This document shows positions 14,536-23,163 of a stretch of DNA of 64,000 bases, one piece after another (position 1 is the first letter of the stretch; each line of letters starts with the position of its first letter). Below the pieces are notes generated by a model. The model was not told the origin of the DNA. It did no database searches and was given only the letters and a program-made list of their open reading frames with translations. This stretch comes from a virus. Location: IMG/VR virus record IMGVR_UViG_3300022602_000033. One strand, written 5' to 3'. Both the position numbers and the translations under genes were made by a program.

Positions 14536-15678
14536 TCACACCTTTAGGTTATCTATGGCATTGCGTATCTTGCGAGCACCAGCCAGCGTGCCTTCTGCAT
14601 GCCCATGTATGGCACCGCCCACGTTGGCCATCCAATCCACACCAAACTTGTCCACGATTGGTGGGATCAGTTCTGCTGTCATGCCACAGCTCAGCGCAGG
14701 AACCACGTTGCCCTTGTGCAGGACATCCATGTATGCTGTGATCTCGGCTTCTGGATCTGACAGATAACCACCCCACATGCCAGCATGTATGGTGTCCACA
14801 CCGCTCATGGCTGCCAACTGACACAGCACAGTCCACTCTATGCCAAAGGGATTCTTCTTGCCAGTGATGACCTTGTCGCCGCTCTTCTGATAGTGTATGA
14901 ACAGCGGGAGGTCAAGATTGCGTATGGTGCGATAGCTACCAAGCCCGCTCCACACGTTGATGTGCACGCCGTTGCCGCCGTTCTGGCTCACGAATCTTGC
15001 ACGGTTTTCAATGTGAGCAGGATCGCTGTTGATGCAGAAGCAATACACAACTCTCTTGTCCTGTAGGTAATTGCTGATCAGCTCAACTCGATCTTCCAGT
15101 CGGCATATGGCAGGATTGCTGAGTATCTCGTCTTCCTTGATGAAGTTAACACCGCCTTCTACCAGCTGCTTGGTCATGTCCAGCAGCGTCTGTGGTGTGA
15201 TGCCAGTCTTGGGCTTGACGATGCCACCGAAGAATGGCTTGCCAAAGTTGCCCGTGTATTCGCGCATGCCAGTGATGCCGTATTTGGGCTTGCGGAAGTG
15301 AGTGTCAATGGTCTGTGGGTGTATCTCCAGACCAACCACTCTGCACTTCTTGATGCTATCTATGTCTGTCTGCCCGCCCTGTATCATGCACAGCAGATGT
15401 GCTATGCCATCACCGTCCCAGTCTATGTTGGCGCTGGGATAGCCTATGGTAACCAAGCCCTTTTTCTTTTCGAAATCCTTGCTGCGGATGATCTTGGCAC
15501 AGTAGGCTTCGATCATCTCGTCTGTTTCCCAGACTGAGCGCTTGGTGGGATTGCCTATGCTCTGCCCCACTGCGATGTTCCAACCTGCGTCGTAGACGCT
15601 AACCGTGCTCTCGACTTCATAGGTAACGTAGAAATACGTGCCCAGTTCTTTTTCATCTCTGACAATATCTATGCTCAT
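14536..15678 (-). CDS. RuBisCO-like protein (form IV RLP)
   Basis: GGIVKPKTG, GGVNFIKEDE (carbamylated Lys/metal motif), IHYQ, DTIHAG, PALSCG and NVGGAIHGH motifs. Lacks the E60, N123, R295 and K334 equivalents by visual alignment. Confidence 0.9.
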   Translation of the reverse strand: MSIDIVRDEKELGTYFYVTYEVESTVSVYDAGWNIAVGQSIGNPTKRSVWETDEMIEAYCAKIIRSKDFEKKKGLVTIGYPSANIDWDGDGIAHLLCMIQGGQTDIDSIKKCRVVGLEIHPQTIDTHFRKPKYGITGMREYTGNFGKPFFGGIVKPKTGITPQTLLDMTKQLVEGGVNFIKEDEILSNPAICRLEDRVELISNYLQDKRVVYCFCINSDPAHIENRARFVSQNGGNGVHINVWSGLGSYRTIRNLDLPLFIHYQKSGDKVITGKKNPFGIEWTVLCQLAAMSGVDTIHAGMWGGYLSDPEAEITAYMDVLHKGNVVPALSCGMTAELIPPIVDKFGVDWMANVGGAIHGHAEGTLAGARKIRNAIDNLKV

Positions 15679-15998
15679 TGTATCTCCACCTTGTCTCCTG
15701 GCACGCTGGGTGCTTTGATTACGAATACCTTGCAGTCTGTGACAAATTCTGGATCAGCTATCTCACCACGCTCCAGCAGGAATATCACCGGTCCTGTCAG
15801 TGTCTGTCCCTGCATCTGCATGGTGCCTTCCAGCAGGAACGTGATCTCGTCCATGTGTTCATGGTAGTGTGCAGCCCATGGTTCACCTGCCACATGATGC
15901 TTGTAGCCCACTTCATAGGCCTCTGTGCGCCAGATGCTGGGTTCAAAATCGCCTATGAACCAACCACCCTGATAATCTTTGGGATCAAACAGCTTCAC
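15675..15998 (-). CDS. Cupin-domain protein
   Basis: GGWFIGDFEPS...HYHEHMDEITF (HxH-x4-E cupin metal motif); GTG start overlapping the upstream TGA. Confidence 0.75.
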   Translation of the reverse strand: MKLFDPKDYQGGWFIGDFEPSIWRTEAYEVGYKHHVAGEPWAAHYHEHMDEITFLLEGTMQMQGQTLTGPVIFLLERGEIADPEFVTDCKVFVIKAPSVPGDKVEIQ

Positions 15999-16708
15999 TT
16001 GTGTGCCTCGATGTATATGTCTAGGTCCTCTGGCATGCCTATGGGCCAGTGCTCCTGCGGTGGGTAGATGCCAATGCGATCGCCTCTGGCAATGTTCCAA
16101 TTATACACTGGACAAACATAGAACTCTCCATTTACACGTACATCATCTGCGATCATCTGCTCAGCTGCCCACACAAAATCCTCACCTCGAGTCCACACAT
16201 AGATGCCAGTGGTAGCATGCGGGCTGATAACCTGTTTCTCTGCGGTGCGCATGGCCAATCCGCGATCATCAACTTCTACATAGCTGTAGGCAGTGGTGTC
16301 CTTGAAGAACGTGAGCATGGCACCGTCCAGTCGCTCAGCAACTAACCACTCTTCAAAGTGATCTTGGTCCCAGACCATCATCTGGTCGCAGTTGGCTATG
16401 AACAGCGTTTCCTTGGGTTTGATGTACTGGCGGGCCAACAGGCAGGTCTCTGCTGCTCCTTGCGTTACCTGATCCACGAACACGAGGTTGAGATCAGCTG
16501 CCATGCCTCTGAGCTGGGCGAACAGCGCAGGATCAGCATCATAGTGCTCGCGCAGCACGCACAGCGTGAACGTGTTGTGCAGGCCCAGATTCTCCAGCAC
16601 ATGCTGTACCATGGGCTTGCCAAAGAATTCTATCAGTGGTTTTGGTTTAGCGTAACCCTGTTGGGCGAACCGTGAACCTCGCCCGCTCATGGGTATGAGT
16701 ATGTGCAT
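15995..16708 (-). CDS. Sugar-phosphate nucleotidyltransferase (NTP_transferase/GT-A fold)
   Basis: IPMSGRGSRF...PKPLI, TQGAAET, NCDQ, EK and NGEFYVCPVYN motifs. Confidence 0.85.
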   Translation of the reverse strand: MHILIPMSGRGSRFAQQGYAKPKPLIEFFGKPMVQHVLENLGLHNTFTLCVLREHYDADPALFAQLRGMAADLNLVFVDQVTQGAAETCLLARQYIKPKETLFIANCDQMMVWDQDHFEEWLVAERLDGAMLTFFKDTTAYSYVEVDDRGLAMRTAEKQVISPHATTGIYVWTRGEDFVWAAEQMIADDVRVNGEFYVCPVYNWNIARGDRIGIYPPQEHWPIGMPEDLDIYIEAHK

Positions 16709-16767
16709 GCTGCTGATCCCTTGACTGTATTATTTTATGGATCAAACTGGCGGTATGCCTAAATATT

Positions 16768-17484
16768 TCACGGTTTGGTAGCAGCGAATAGCTTGCCGAT
16801 CTCCACAGCAGTGTCCTTGACGCTGTGCTCAGCCAAGACCAGATCGCTGATGTCAGCATTGTAATCCACACCCACGAATCCAAAAAGATCACCATTGGTC
16901 ATGTAGATCGGACAGCGGATCAGATGCTTGGCTCCGCGGCTCATCCAGAAGTAATAATCTTGGTTTTCTCTGTCCTTGTCGCTGTTCTTGATCACGGCAC
17001 ATCTATCGTTGACAAATTGGTTGTTGATGGCCACGTGTATGCTGGCAGGTATGCGCTGCTCAAAGGTCATGATCCTGGGTGTACCCGGGCTGATCACTTC
17101 ATGCGTCATGGTCTGGAAGAAGAACGGTACGCCGCTGATCGCAGCCAATCCGTTGTGATAGCGATACACGTAGGCTCTCATTCCGTTGGTATCTGACAGC
17201 AATCTGTTGAGATTGCGGTAGATGCTGTTGTCATTCTCCACAGACGTCTTGAGATTCATGCTGAAGCTGGTGATGCTGTGAGCTTCCTCGTAGATGCTGA
17301 CCAAACTGGTAAAATGGAAAGCTATCACGTAGGCTGTGGCAAAGATAGCAGTGATAGCAGCTGTGTATATAAGATGCACAGCCAGCATCAGCGGGCGAGT
17401 GCGAGTTAAATAATCAACTGCTATCTGTGCCAGCGTTGCTTGTTTCTGTTCGTCCAACGGAAAATCCCTTGATTTCAACGCCAA
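16768..17484 (-). CDS. Membrane protein with a GAF-like C-terminal domain; candidate T4 gpT-type holin
   Basis: One N-terminal TM segment, then RAYVYRYHNG...CPIY...GFVGVDY; TAAATA late box upstream (17492-17497). Confidence 0.5.
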   Translation of the reverse strand: MALKSRDFPLDEQKQATLAQIAVDYLTRTRPLMLAVHLIYTAAITAIFATAYVIAFHFTSLVSIYEEAHSITSFSMNLKTSVENDNSIYRNLNRLLSDTNGMRAYVYRYHNGLAAISGVPFFFQTMTHEVISPGTPRIMTFEQRIPASIHVAINNQFVNDRCAVIKNSDKDRENQDYYFWMSRGAKHLIRCPIYMTNGDLFGFVGVDYNADISDLVLAEHSVKDTAVEIGKLFAATKP

Positions 17485-17513
17485 TAATGCTTATTTATGG
17501 TTTTGCCAAGGCA

Positions 17514-17543
17514 TTGACACCACGCTAGCAGATAGGTTACACT
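17514..17543 (+). promoter_or_regulatory. sigma70-type promoter of the dnaJ-def-clpA operon
   Basis: TTGACA-N18-TACACT with the ATG 6 nt downstream. Confidence 0.5.
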
Positions 17544-17549
17544 ACGATC

Positions 17550-18428
17550 ATGGAAGACTATTACAAGATACTAGAGCTGAGCGAGTCAGCATCACCGGAC
17601 GAGATCAAGGCCGCCTATCGCAAGCTGGCCAAACAGCATCATCCGGATCTCAACAAGGGCAACGCCAACAGCGAAGCGCTGTTCAAGAAGATCAACGAAG
17701 CCAACGACACGCTGGGCGATCCACAGAAACGTGCGCAGTATGATCAGCAGCGCAAGTTTGGACAGGGCGGACCAGGTGGCAACCCATTTCAGGGATTCCC
17801 TGGACAGGAGTTCCATTTCAACTTTGGTGGGCAACCATTTGAAGAGATGTTTAACCAGTTCTTTGGCGGCGGCCATCCGTTTGCCAGGCATCAAGCTCGA
17901 AACAGGGACTACCAATTCAACATCAACATCAGTTTGGAAGATGCTTTTGCTGGCAAGAGCGTGCCAGTGAGCTTTGATGCCAACAGCAACCAAACCAGCA
18001 TCACAGTGAACATACCAGCTGGCATGGAGAACGGCGCACGCATGCGCTATCAAGGCCAAGGCGAACGCAACGTGCCTAACGCACCCCCAGGCGACCTTTA
18101 CATCACGGTGATGATCAACGAACACAGCGTGTTCCAACGCCATGCGCAGCATCTACATACCAACATGAAAGTGGATGCGATCGGAGCCATGCTGGGCCTG
18201 CAGCAAGATCTACAGACCATAGACGGCAGCATGATAAATGTCAGCGTGCCCTCTGGCACTCAGCATGGCGCTACTCTGCGAGTGCAGGGGCACGGGATGC
18301 CAGTGCAGCACAACAGCAGGCACCGAGGTGATCTTTACATACACATAGAGCTGTCAACTCCCATCAACCTAACTGAAAGCCAGCGTGACATGCTGCTAGA
18401 GATACAACGCCAGAGGAGCGCCAAATGA
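17550..18428 (+). CDS. dnaJ: DnaJ-class co-chaperone (class II/CbpA-like, no zinc finger)
   Basis: J domain with HPD, G/F-rich linker, DnaJ C-terminal domain (GDLY twice). Confidence 0.92.
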   Translation: MEDYYKILELSESASPDEIKAAYRKLAKQHHPDLNKGNANSEALFKKINEANDTLGDPQKRAQYDQQRKFGQGGPGGNPFQGFPGQEFHFNFGGQPFEEMFNQFFGGGHPFARHQARNRDYQFNINISLEDAFAGKSVPVSFDANSNQTSITVNIPAGMENGARMRYQGQGERNVPNAPPGDLYITVMINEHSVFQRHAQHLHTNMKVDAIGAMLGLQQDLQTIDGSMINVSVPSGTQHGATLRVQGHGMPVQHNSRHRGDLYIHIELSTPINLTESQRDMLLEIQRQRSAK

Positions 18429-18934
18429 TACTGCCCATAGTCACACGCCCAGATCCAGTGCTCAAGCAGACTGCCAGGCTGATAGAACCCCAAGAGATTC
18501 CAGGTCTGGCAACGTTGATCGCAGACATGTTCGACACCATAGCAGCCCACGGCGGCGTGGGATTGGCAGCACCACAGGTCGGACACAGCATCAACCTATT
18601 TGTGGTGCGAGTGGATGGCAACGATCACGTGTTCATCAATCCCGTGGTGCTCAATGCCAGCGATGACATGGATGAGATGCCAGAAGGCTGCCTCAGCCTG
18701 CCAGGACTCACGCTCAAGGTCAAGCGCAGCAAGCAGATCAAGGTCATGTTCAGAGATCGCGAAGGTAACCAGCAGATCACTGACATGGGCGAAGGATGGA
18801 GCAGGATCTTCCTGCATGAGTTTGATCATCTACAGGGCGTGATGATTGACGACAGAGTGGGCCGAGTCACCCTGGACTTGGCCAAGCGCAAGGCAGCCAA
18901 GAAGCAAAAGCGTCAGCAGAGGGTCACAGCATGA
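18425..18934 (+). CDS. def: Peptide deformylase
   Basis: GVGLAAPQVG, EGCLS and HEFDH motifs. Confidence 0.95.
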   Translation: MILPIVTRPDPVLKQTARLIEPQEIPGLATLIADMFDTIAAHGGVGLAAPQVGHSINLFVVRVDGNDHVFINPVVLNASDDMDEMPEGCLSLPGLTLKVKRSKQIKVMFRDREGNQQITDMGEGWSRIFLHEFDHLQGVMIDDRVGRVTLDLAKRKAAKKQKRQQRVTA

Positions 18935-21219
18935 GCATGAACAGCTTCGAACAACCATTACAGCGTGCCTATCAGCTGGCCAGCAGCCTCAATCACGAGC
19001 TGGTCACGCTGGAACATCTGCTGGCAGGACTGCTGGAAATGGAACCCATACAGGAACTGATCACCAGAGGCGGTGGCGATCTCAATAGCCTGGTTAGGGC
19101 AACCAGCGATTGGCTGGGCACAGATGCCAATCACGTGATCGTCAAGGCTGGCAGCTATCAGCCGCGCCACACCAGCTTGCTCAGCAACGTGATCAAGAAG
19201 GCCAAGACACAGAGCATGTTCAGCGGGCGCAACGACATTGGACCGGTGGACATACTGCTGGCACTGTATCACATACCAGATAGCCCTGCCAGTTGGTTCT
19301 TGGAGAAGTTTGCACCGAGCAAGGAACGCATAGCTGAGCTAATCAGCAAAGGCGATGTTTCAGCAGACATGGCCATGGACAGCAAAACCGCGTTAGAAAT
19401 ACTCAGTGCCTACTGCATCGATCTCAATGCCAAGGCACAGGCAGGACGCATAGATCCACTGATTGGTCGTGAAAAGGAAGTGGAGCAGATCACGCAGATC
19501 ATTGCTCGCCGCAACAAGCACAACGTGATCATGACTGGCGATCCTGGCGTGGGCAAGACCATCATCGTGGAAGGATTGGCTCGCCGCATCGTGGAAGGTG
19601 CAGTGCCAGACAGCTTGGCAGATCACACCATCTGGAATCTGGATGTGGCAACGTTGGTGGCTGGCACCAAGTTCAGAGGTGATTTCGAAGAGCGACTGAA
19701 ACAGATCATCGCAGCGTTCACAGCACTGCCCAGGACCATCATGTTCATCGACGAGATACACATGATCATGGGCGCAGGCAATGGTGGCGGTGGCGGTAGC
19801 ATTGATGCTGCTAACATGCTGAAACCAGCTCTGAGCCGAGGCGATATCTGCTGCATCGGCAGCACCACGCAGGAAGAATATCGCAAGCATTTTGAGAAAG
19901 ATCGCGCATTGGTGCGTCGATTCCAAAAGCTGGACATCTTTGAGCCCAGCGCAGAAGACAGCAAACGCATATTACAGGGCATTGCCAAGCATTACGAGGA
20001 ATATCACGGACTGGAGTTTGATGTCTCAGCATTGGATGCAGCAGTTGATCTCACTGCTAGGCACATACATGACAAGTGCTTGCCAGACAAAGCCATTGAT
20101 ATCATAGACAGTGCTGCAGCCTGGCAGAGGATCAAGCCAGAAGCAGAACGTGCCAAGACCATCACCAGAGACCTGATCGAAGCAGAAGTCAGCAGAGTAG
20201 CCAAGGTTCCGGTGACCACAGTGAAGAGCAAGGAAGCTGACAAGCTGAGCCAACTTGAGACAGATCTCAACACCAAGATCTTTGGACAGACAGATGCTAT
20301 CGATGGCGTGGTCAATGCCATCTACATGAGCCGCAGCGGCCTGCGTGAGAGCGATAAGACAGTGGGCAGCTTCCTGTTCTCAGGACCCAGCGGCGTGGGC
20401 AAGACCGAAGTGGCCAAGCAGTTAGCACGCAGCTTAGGCGTGCATTTTGCTAGATTTGACATGAGCGAGTACCAAGAACGTCACACCGTGAGCAAGTTCA
20501 TCGGATCACCTCCGGGCTACGTGGGTTACGGCGACGGTGGCGCAGGCGGTGGCGTGCTGATCAACGAGCTGGACACTCACCCACACTGTGTGCTGCTGTT
20601 TGACGAGATCGAGAAGGCACATCCAGACGTTTACAACATCTTCCTGGCTCTGATGGATCATGGCACAGTGACCAGCAGCCAAGGCAAATCAGCCAGCGCA
20701 CGCAATGCCATCGTGATCTTCACCAGCAATCTGGGCGCAGCTGACATGGAAAAGGAGCTGATTGGTTTCACCAAGAGCACAGTGCGCGACGAAGACACAC
20801 AGGCCATCAACCGGTTCTTCACGCCAGAGTTCCGCAACAGGCTGGATGCAATCATCAAGTTCAACAAGCTGAACAAGGATAACATGGACAGCATAGTTGA
20901 CAAGTTCCTCAGCGAGCTCAATGCGTTAAGCAACAGCAAGAACGTGAACATCGTGTGCGATCCTGCTGCCAAGCAGTGGCTGATTGACAAGGGATTTGAC
21001 ACAAACATGGGTGCACGACCACTGGCCAGAGTGATCACAGACCACATCAAGAAACCACTGAGCCGCGAGATGCTGTTTGGCAAGCTGCGCCACGGTGGTG
21101 CAGTGATGGTCACTGCCAAGGACGGCAAGCTGGAGTTTGAATATCTCAGCAACCCAGAACCCATGGCTGACGACACGCTGCTGTTACCCAGCCCCACAAC
21201 TGAGGATGTCACACAATGA
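18931..21219 (+). CDS. clpA: ATP-dependent Clp protease ATPase subunit ClpA
   Basis: Clp N domain, two AAA modules (GDPGVGKT, GPSGVGKT), KFRGDFEERL, PPGYVG and an IGF ClpP-docking loop; no ClpB middle domain. Confidence 0.92.
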   Translation: MSMNSFEQPLQRAYQLASSLNHELVTLEHLLAGLLEMEPIQELITRGGGDLNSLVRATSDWLGTDANHVIVKAGSYQPRHTSLLSNVIKKAKTQSMFSGRNDIGPVDILLALYHIPDSPASWFLEKFAPSKERIAELISKGDVSADMAMDSKTALEILSAYCIDLNAKAQAGRIDPLIGREKEVEQITQIIARRNKHNVIMTGDPGVGKTIIVEGLARRIVEGAVPDSLADHTIWNLDVATLVAGTKFRGDFEERLKQIIAAFTALPRTIMFIDEIHMIMGAGNGGGGGSIDAANMLKPALSRGDICCIGSTTQEEYRKHFEKDRALVRRFQKLDIFEPSAEDSKRILQGIAKHYEEYHGLEFDVSALDAAVDLTARHIHDKCLPDKAIDIIDSAAAWQRIKPEAERAKTITRDLIEAEVSRVAKVPVTTVKSKEADKLSQLETDLNTKIFGQTDAIDGVVNAIYMSRSGLRESDKTVGSFLFSGPSGVGKTEVAKQLARSLGVHFARFDMSEYQERHTVSKFIGSPPGYVGYGDGGAGGGVLINELDTHPHCVLLFDEIEKAHPDVYNIFLALMDHGTVTSSQGKSASARNAIVIFTSNLGAADMEKELIGFTKSTVRDEDTQAINRFFTPEFRNRLDAIIKFNKLNKDNMDSIVDKFLSELNALSNSKNVNIVCDPAAKQWLIDKGFDTNMGARPLARVITDHIKKPLSREMLFGKLRHGGAVMVTAKDGKLEFEYLSNPEPMADDTLLLPSPTTEDVTQ

Positions 21220-21545
21220 ATCCAGTGTTGATGACTCTGATTGACATGGGAGCGCTGGCCAAGGACAGCATAGTAACGGCCAGGCAGGGCACAGCAAACA
21301 GATTTGGGGTGGTCAACTACAGATCCAGCGAATACCTGATCAAAGACATAGTGAACACAGCACAAGGCACGCTGCTTAGCCTGCGCGAGAGCGATGGTGT
21401 AAATATGCTGAACGTGATGGTTGAGGACGTGCTAGCCATAGATGGCATGAGCATAGAGAGATACGCTGAGATCTACAACATCAACGCAGACGGTAGCTTG
21501 CGCAGCATGGGTCGCAAGCGGGGTCGCAAGCCAAAGATCAGATAA
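21216..21545 (+). CDS. Hypothetical protein
   Basis: 109 aa, ATGA-coupled; IDGM motif and basic GRKRGRKPK tail. Confidence 0.65.
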   Translation: MNPVLMTLIDMGALAKDSIVTARQGTANRFGVVNYRSSEYLIKDIVNTAQGTLLSLRESDGVNMLNVMVEDVLAIDGMSIERYAEIYNINADGSLRSMGRKRGRKPKIR

Positions 21546-21593
21546 AACCGTCAATTTCAGCCATAAGTATCAGATCCAACAGGGAGAAGACAC

Positions 21594-21776
21594 ATGGCTA
21601 AATTGGTAGAAGAATTGGTAGTGATCAAGCTGAGCCGCATGGTCAAGGACAGTGCAGCAGATGGTACTGTGTTATCAGACGAGCAACGCAGCGTGTTAGA
21701 AGCCACAGCACCTGCGCTCATAGAAGAAGTGTTGAATGATGCCGCTGTGATGGTAGAGCTAGCAGAATTAGGCTAA
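21594..21776 (+). CDS. Small hypothetical protein
   Basis: 60 aa with a GGGAG SD and a TAAGTA box upstream. Confidence 0.6.
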   Translation: MAKLVEELVVIKLSRMVKDSAADGTVLSDEQRSVLEATAPALIEEVLNDAAVMVELAELG

Positions 21777-21815
21777 ACACCTGCCGCTAAATACTAGAAG
21801 CATTCAGGCGGCATC

Positions 21816-23150
21816 ATGATCAGCGTCACACTACTAGGTACCACATACGATCAGATCAACGTCGTTGGACAGAAGGTCCAAGGCGCTGGTTACAACAACA
21901 CGGTTGGTAATAACCATACTGTGAGCATCAATCTGGACAACTTCATAGGCCGCATCTACATTCAAGGAAGCTTGGCCACAGATCCCAAAACAGACAGCGA
22001 TTGGTTCAACATACCCATAGGTAACGGCACAGCATACGTACAGTTCCCGCTTGATCCAGCCCTGCCCACAGGTTATAATCCTGCGCTCAACCAATGGCCG
22101 GCTAATCAATATCCCAATACACAGCAGGGTGATACAGGCATATTTGCCTACAGCTTCAGCGGCAACTACATATGGCTCCGAGCAGTGGTAGACAGGACCT
22201 ATTTGGTACCGCCGCCTACTGATCCTTACTTTGTTGGAGCGGTCAGCCAGATACTGTTGAACTTTGGCGCTGTGGCCGGTAGCAGCACGCTGCCACAAGC
22301 AACCAACACAGGAGGTGCTCAAGGCCCTCCTGGACCTCCGGGTCCCACGGGTCCTAACAGCACTGGTCCCACAGGCGTGGCCGGACCAACTGGTCCTGCA
22401 GCTAGTGGTGCTTTCCAGCGCTATGACAGCTATGCTAGCCCAGGTCAGACAGTTTTCTATGCCACATATGTTCCCAATTATGTGGACGTTTACTACAATG
22501 GACTGCTGCTGGTACCAGTGAATGATTACACTGCCACAGACGGTTCCACAGTGGTATTGACCAGCTCAGCCCTGGGTGGTGACCCGGTAAGCATCGTGGC
22601 CTGGGAGATAGCAAACATCAGTCAGCTCACAGGTCCTACTGGTCCAAGCGGTGGTCCCATAGGTCCCACAGGTGTGACGGGTCACACAGGAGTAACCGGT
22701 CCAACCGGTCCCACCAGCACAGTGCTGGGTCCAACAGGATCAACTGGTTACACTGGTCCCACTGGATCAACTGGTGCTACAGGAGCAGCAGCCACCAACT
22801 TGATCAGCTTCAGGCTGCTGTTTAACAGTGGTATAATATTGCCTACCAACTACGTGGACAGCTGTGTAAACATTGATCCATCACGGATAACCAGGGCCAG
22901 CGACACTCAGATCACTGTGTTACACAACATGAATGCCTATCCGGGCATGACCACTTGCCAAGGCGGTCCTCTGGCTCAACCAGCAGGTGCATACAGGCAG
23001 ACCGTACCAAATGCTGCTACCAGCGGTAGCTACAGCGCTCTCAGCTTGGATATCAACACTACCAGCTTATTCGCTCTAACGCCGGGTAACACAGGCATAC
23101 CAGCCAGCGGCAACGGATATCTCTGGGTTTCCATGATATTCTCTGGTTGA
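21816..23150 (+). CDS. Collagen-containing structural protein
   Basis: GPT repeats plus a GQTVF...VDVYYNG beta module; TAAATA at 21788-21793. Confidence 0.75.
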   Translation: MISVTLLGTTYDQINVVGQKVQGAGYNNTVGNNHTVSINLDNFIGRIYIQGSLATDPKTDSDWFNIPIGNGTAYVQFPLDPALPTGYNPALNQWPANQYPNTQQGDTGIFAYSFSGNYIWLRAVVDRTYLVPPPTDPYFVGAVSQILLNFGAVAGSSTLPQATNTGGAQGPPGPPGPTGPNSTGPTGVAGPTGPAASGAFQRYDSYASPGQTVFYATYVPNYVDVYYNGLLLVPVNDYTATDGSTVVLTSSALGGDPVSIVAWEIANISQLTGPTGPSGGPIGPTGVTGHTGVTGPTGPTSTVLGPTGSTGYTGPTGSTGATGAAATNLISFRLLFNSGIILPTNYVDSCVNIDPSRITRASDTQITVLHNMNAYPGMTTCQGGPLAQPAGAYRQTVPNAATSGSYSALSLDINTTSLFALTPGNTGIPASGNGYLWVSMIFSG

Positions 23151-23163
23151 TAGAGGCATAGGC

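Noticed and set aside
14536-15678. Bona fide CO2-fixing RuBisCO
   Set aside because: Lacks the K334, N123, E60 and R295 equivalents by visual alignment; no small subunit or phosphoribulokinase in the window.
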